DNA of 5,820 nucleotides from a virus (Duplodnaviria; Heunggongvirae; Uroviricota; Caudoviricetes): IMG/VR virus record IMGVR_UViG_2778261154_000012; one strand, 5' to 3'. Shown piece by piece: positions 5,820 to 5,820 of this stretch (position 1 is its first letter; each line of letters starts with the position of its first letter). The notes under the pieces were generated by a model. It saw only the letters and a program-made list of their open reading frames with translations, ran no database searches and was not told where the DNA came from. The position numbers and the translations under genes were made by a program.

Positions 5820-5820
5820 C

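Noticed and set aside
1-5820. CRISPR array, tRNA or rRNA
   Set aside because: There are no regularly spaced direct repeats and no tRNA-like sequence next to either recombinase. Both elements appear to target a protein-coding gene instead.

Overview
This window reads as a composite accessory region made of three parts. (1) Positions 1-2215 are AT-rich DNA (about one-third G+C in the 60-nt lines I sampled by eye) carrying a 507-aa large serine recombinase on the minus strand (595..2118) and a convergent 182-aa ORF of unknown function (50..598) with an unresolved start. (2) Positions 2193-2594 are a visibly GC-richer internal fragment of a DUF72-family gene that I recognise as yecE-like; it has no proper 5' or 3' end and is flanked by foreign DNA on both sides. 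(3) Positions 2621-5820 are the integrase end of a lambdoid prophage, all on the minus strand: an IntR/lambda-type tyrosine integrase, a lambda-like excisionase, then a tightly packed, translationally coupled set of small genes (48 aa Cys/His-containing and not in the ORF track, 80 aa, 123 aa strongly acidic) and an SPFH/band-7 domain protein whose N-terminal region looks frameshifted or split. I see no rRNA, tRNA or CRISPR array. The best candidate for an undescribed system is the int-proximal small-gene cluster plus the SPFH protein; the serine-recombinase module with its cargo ORF is the second. All homology statements are from memory of protein families, not from searches.
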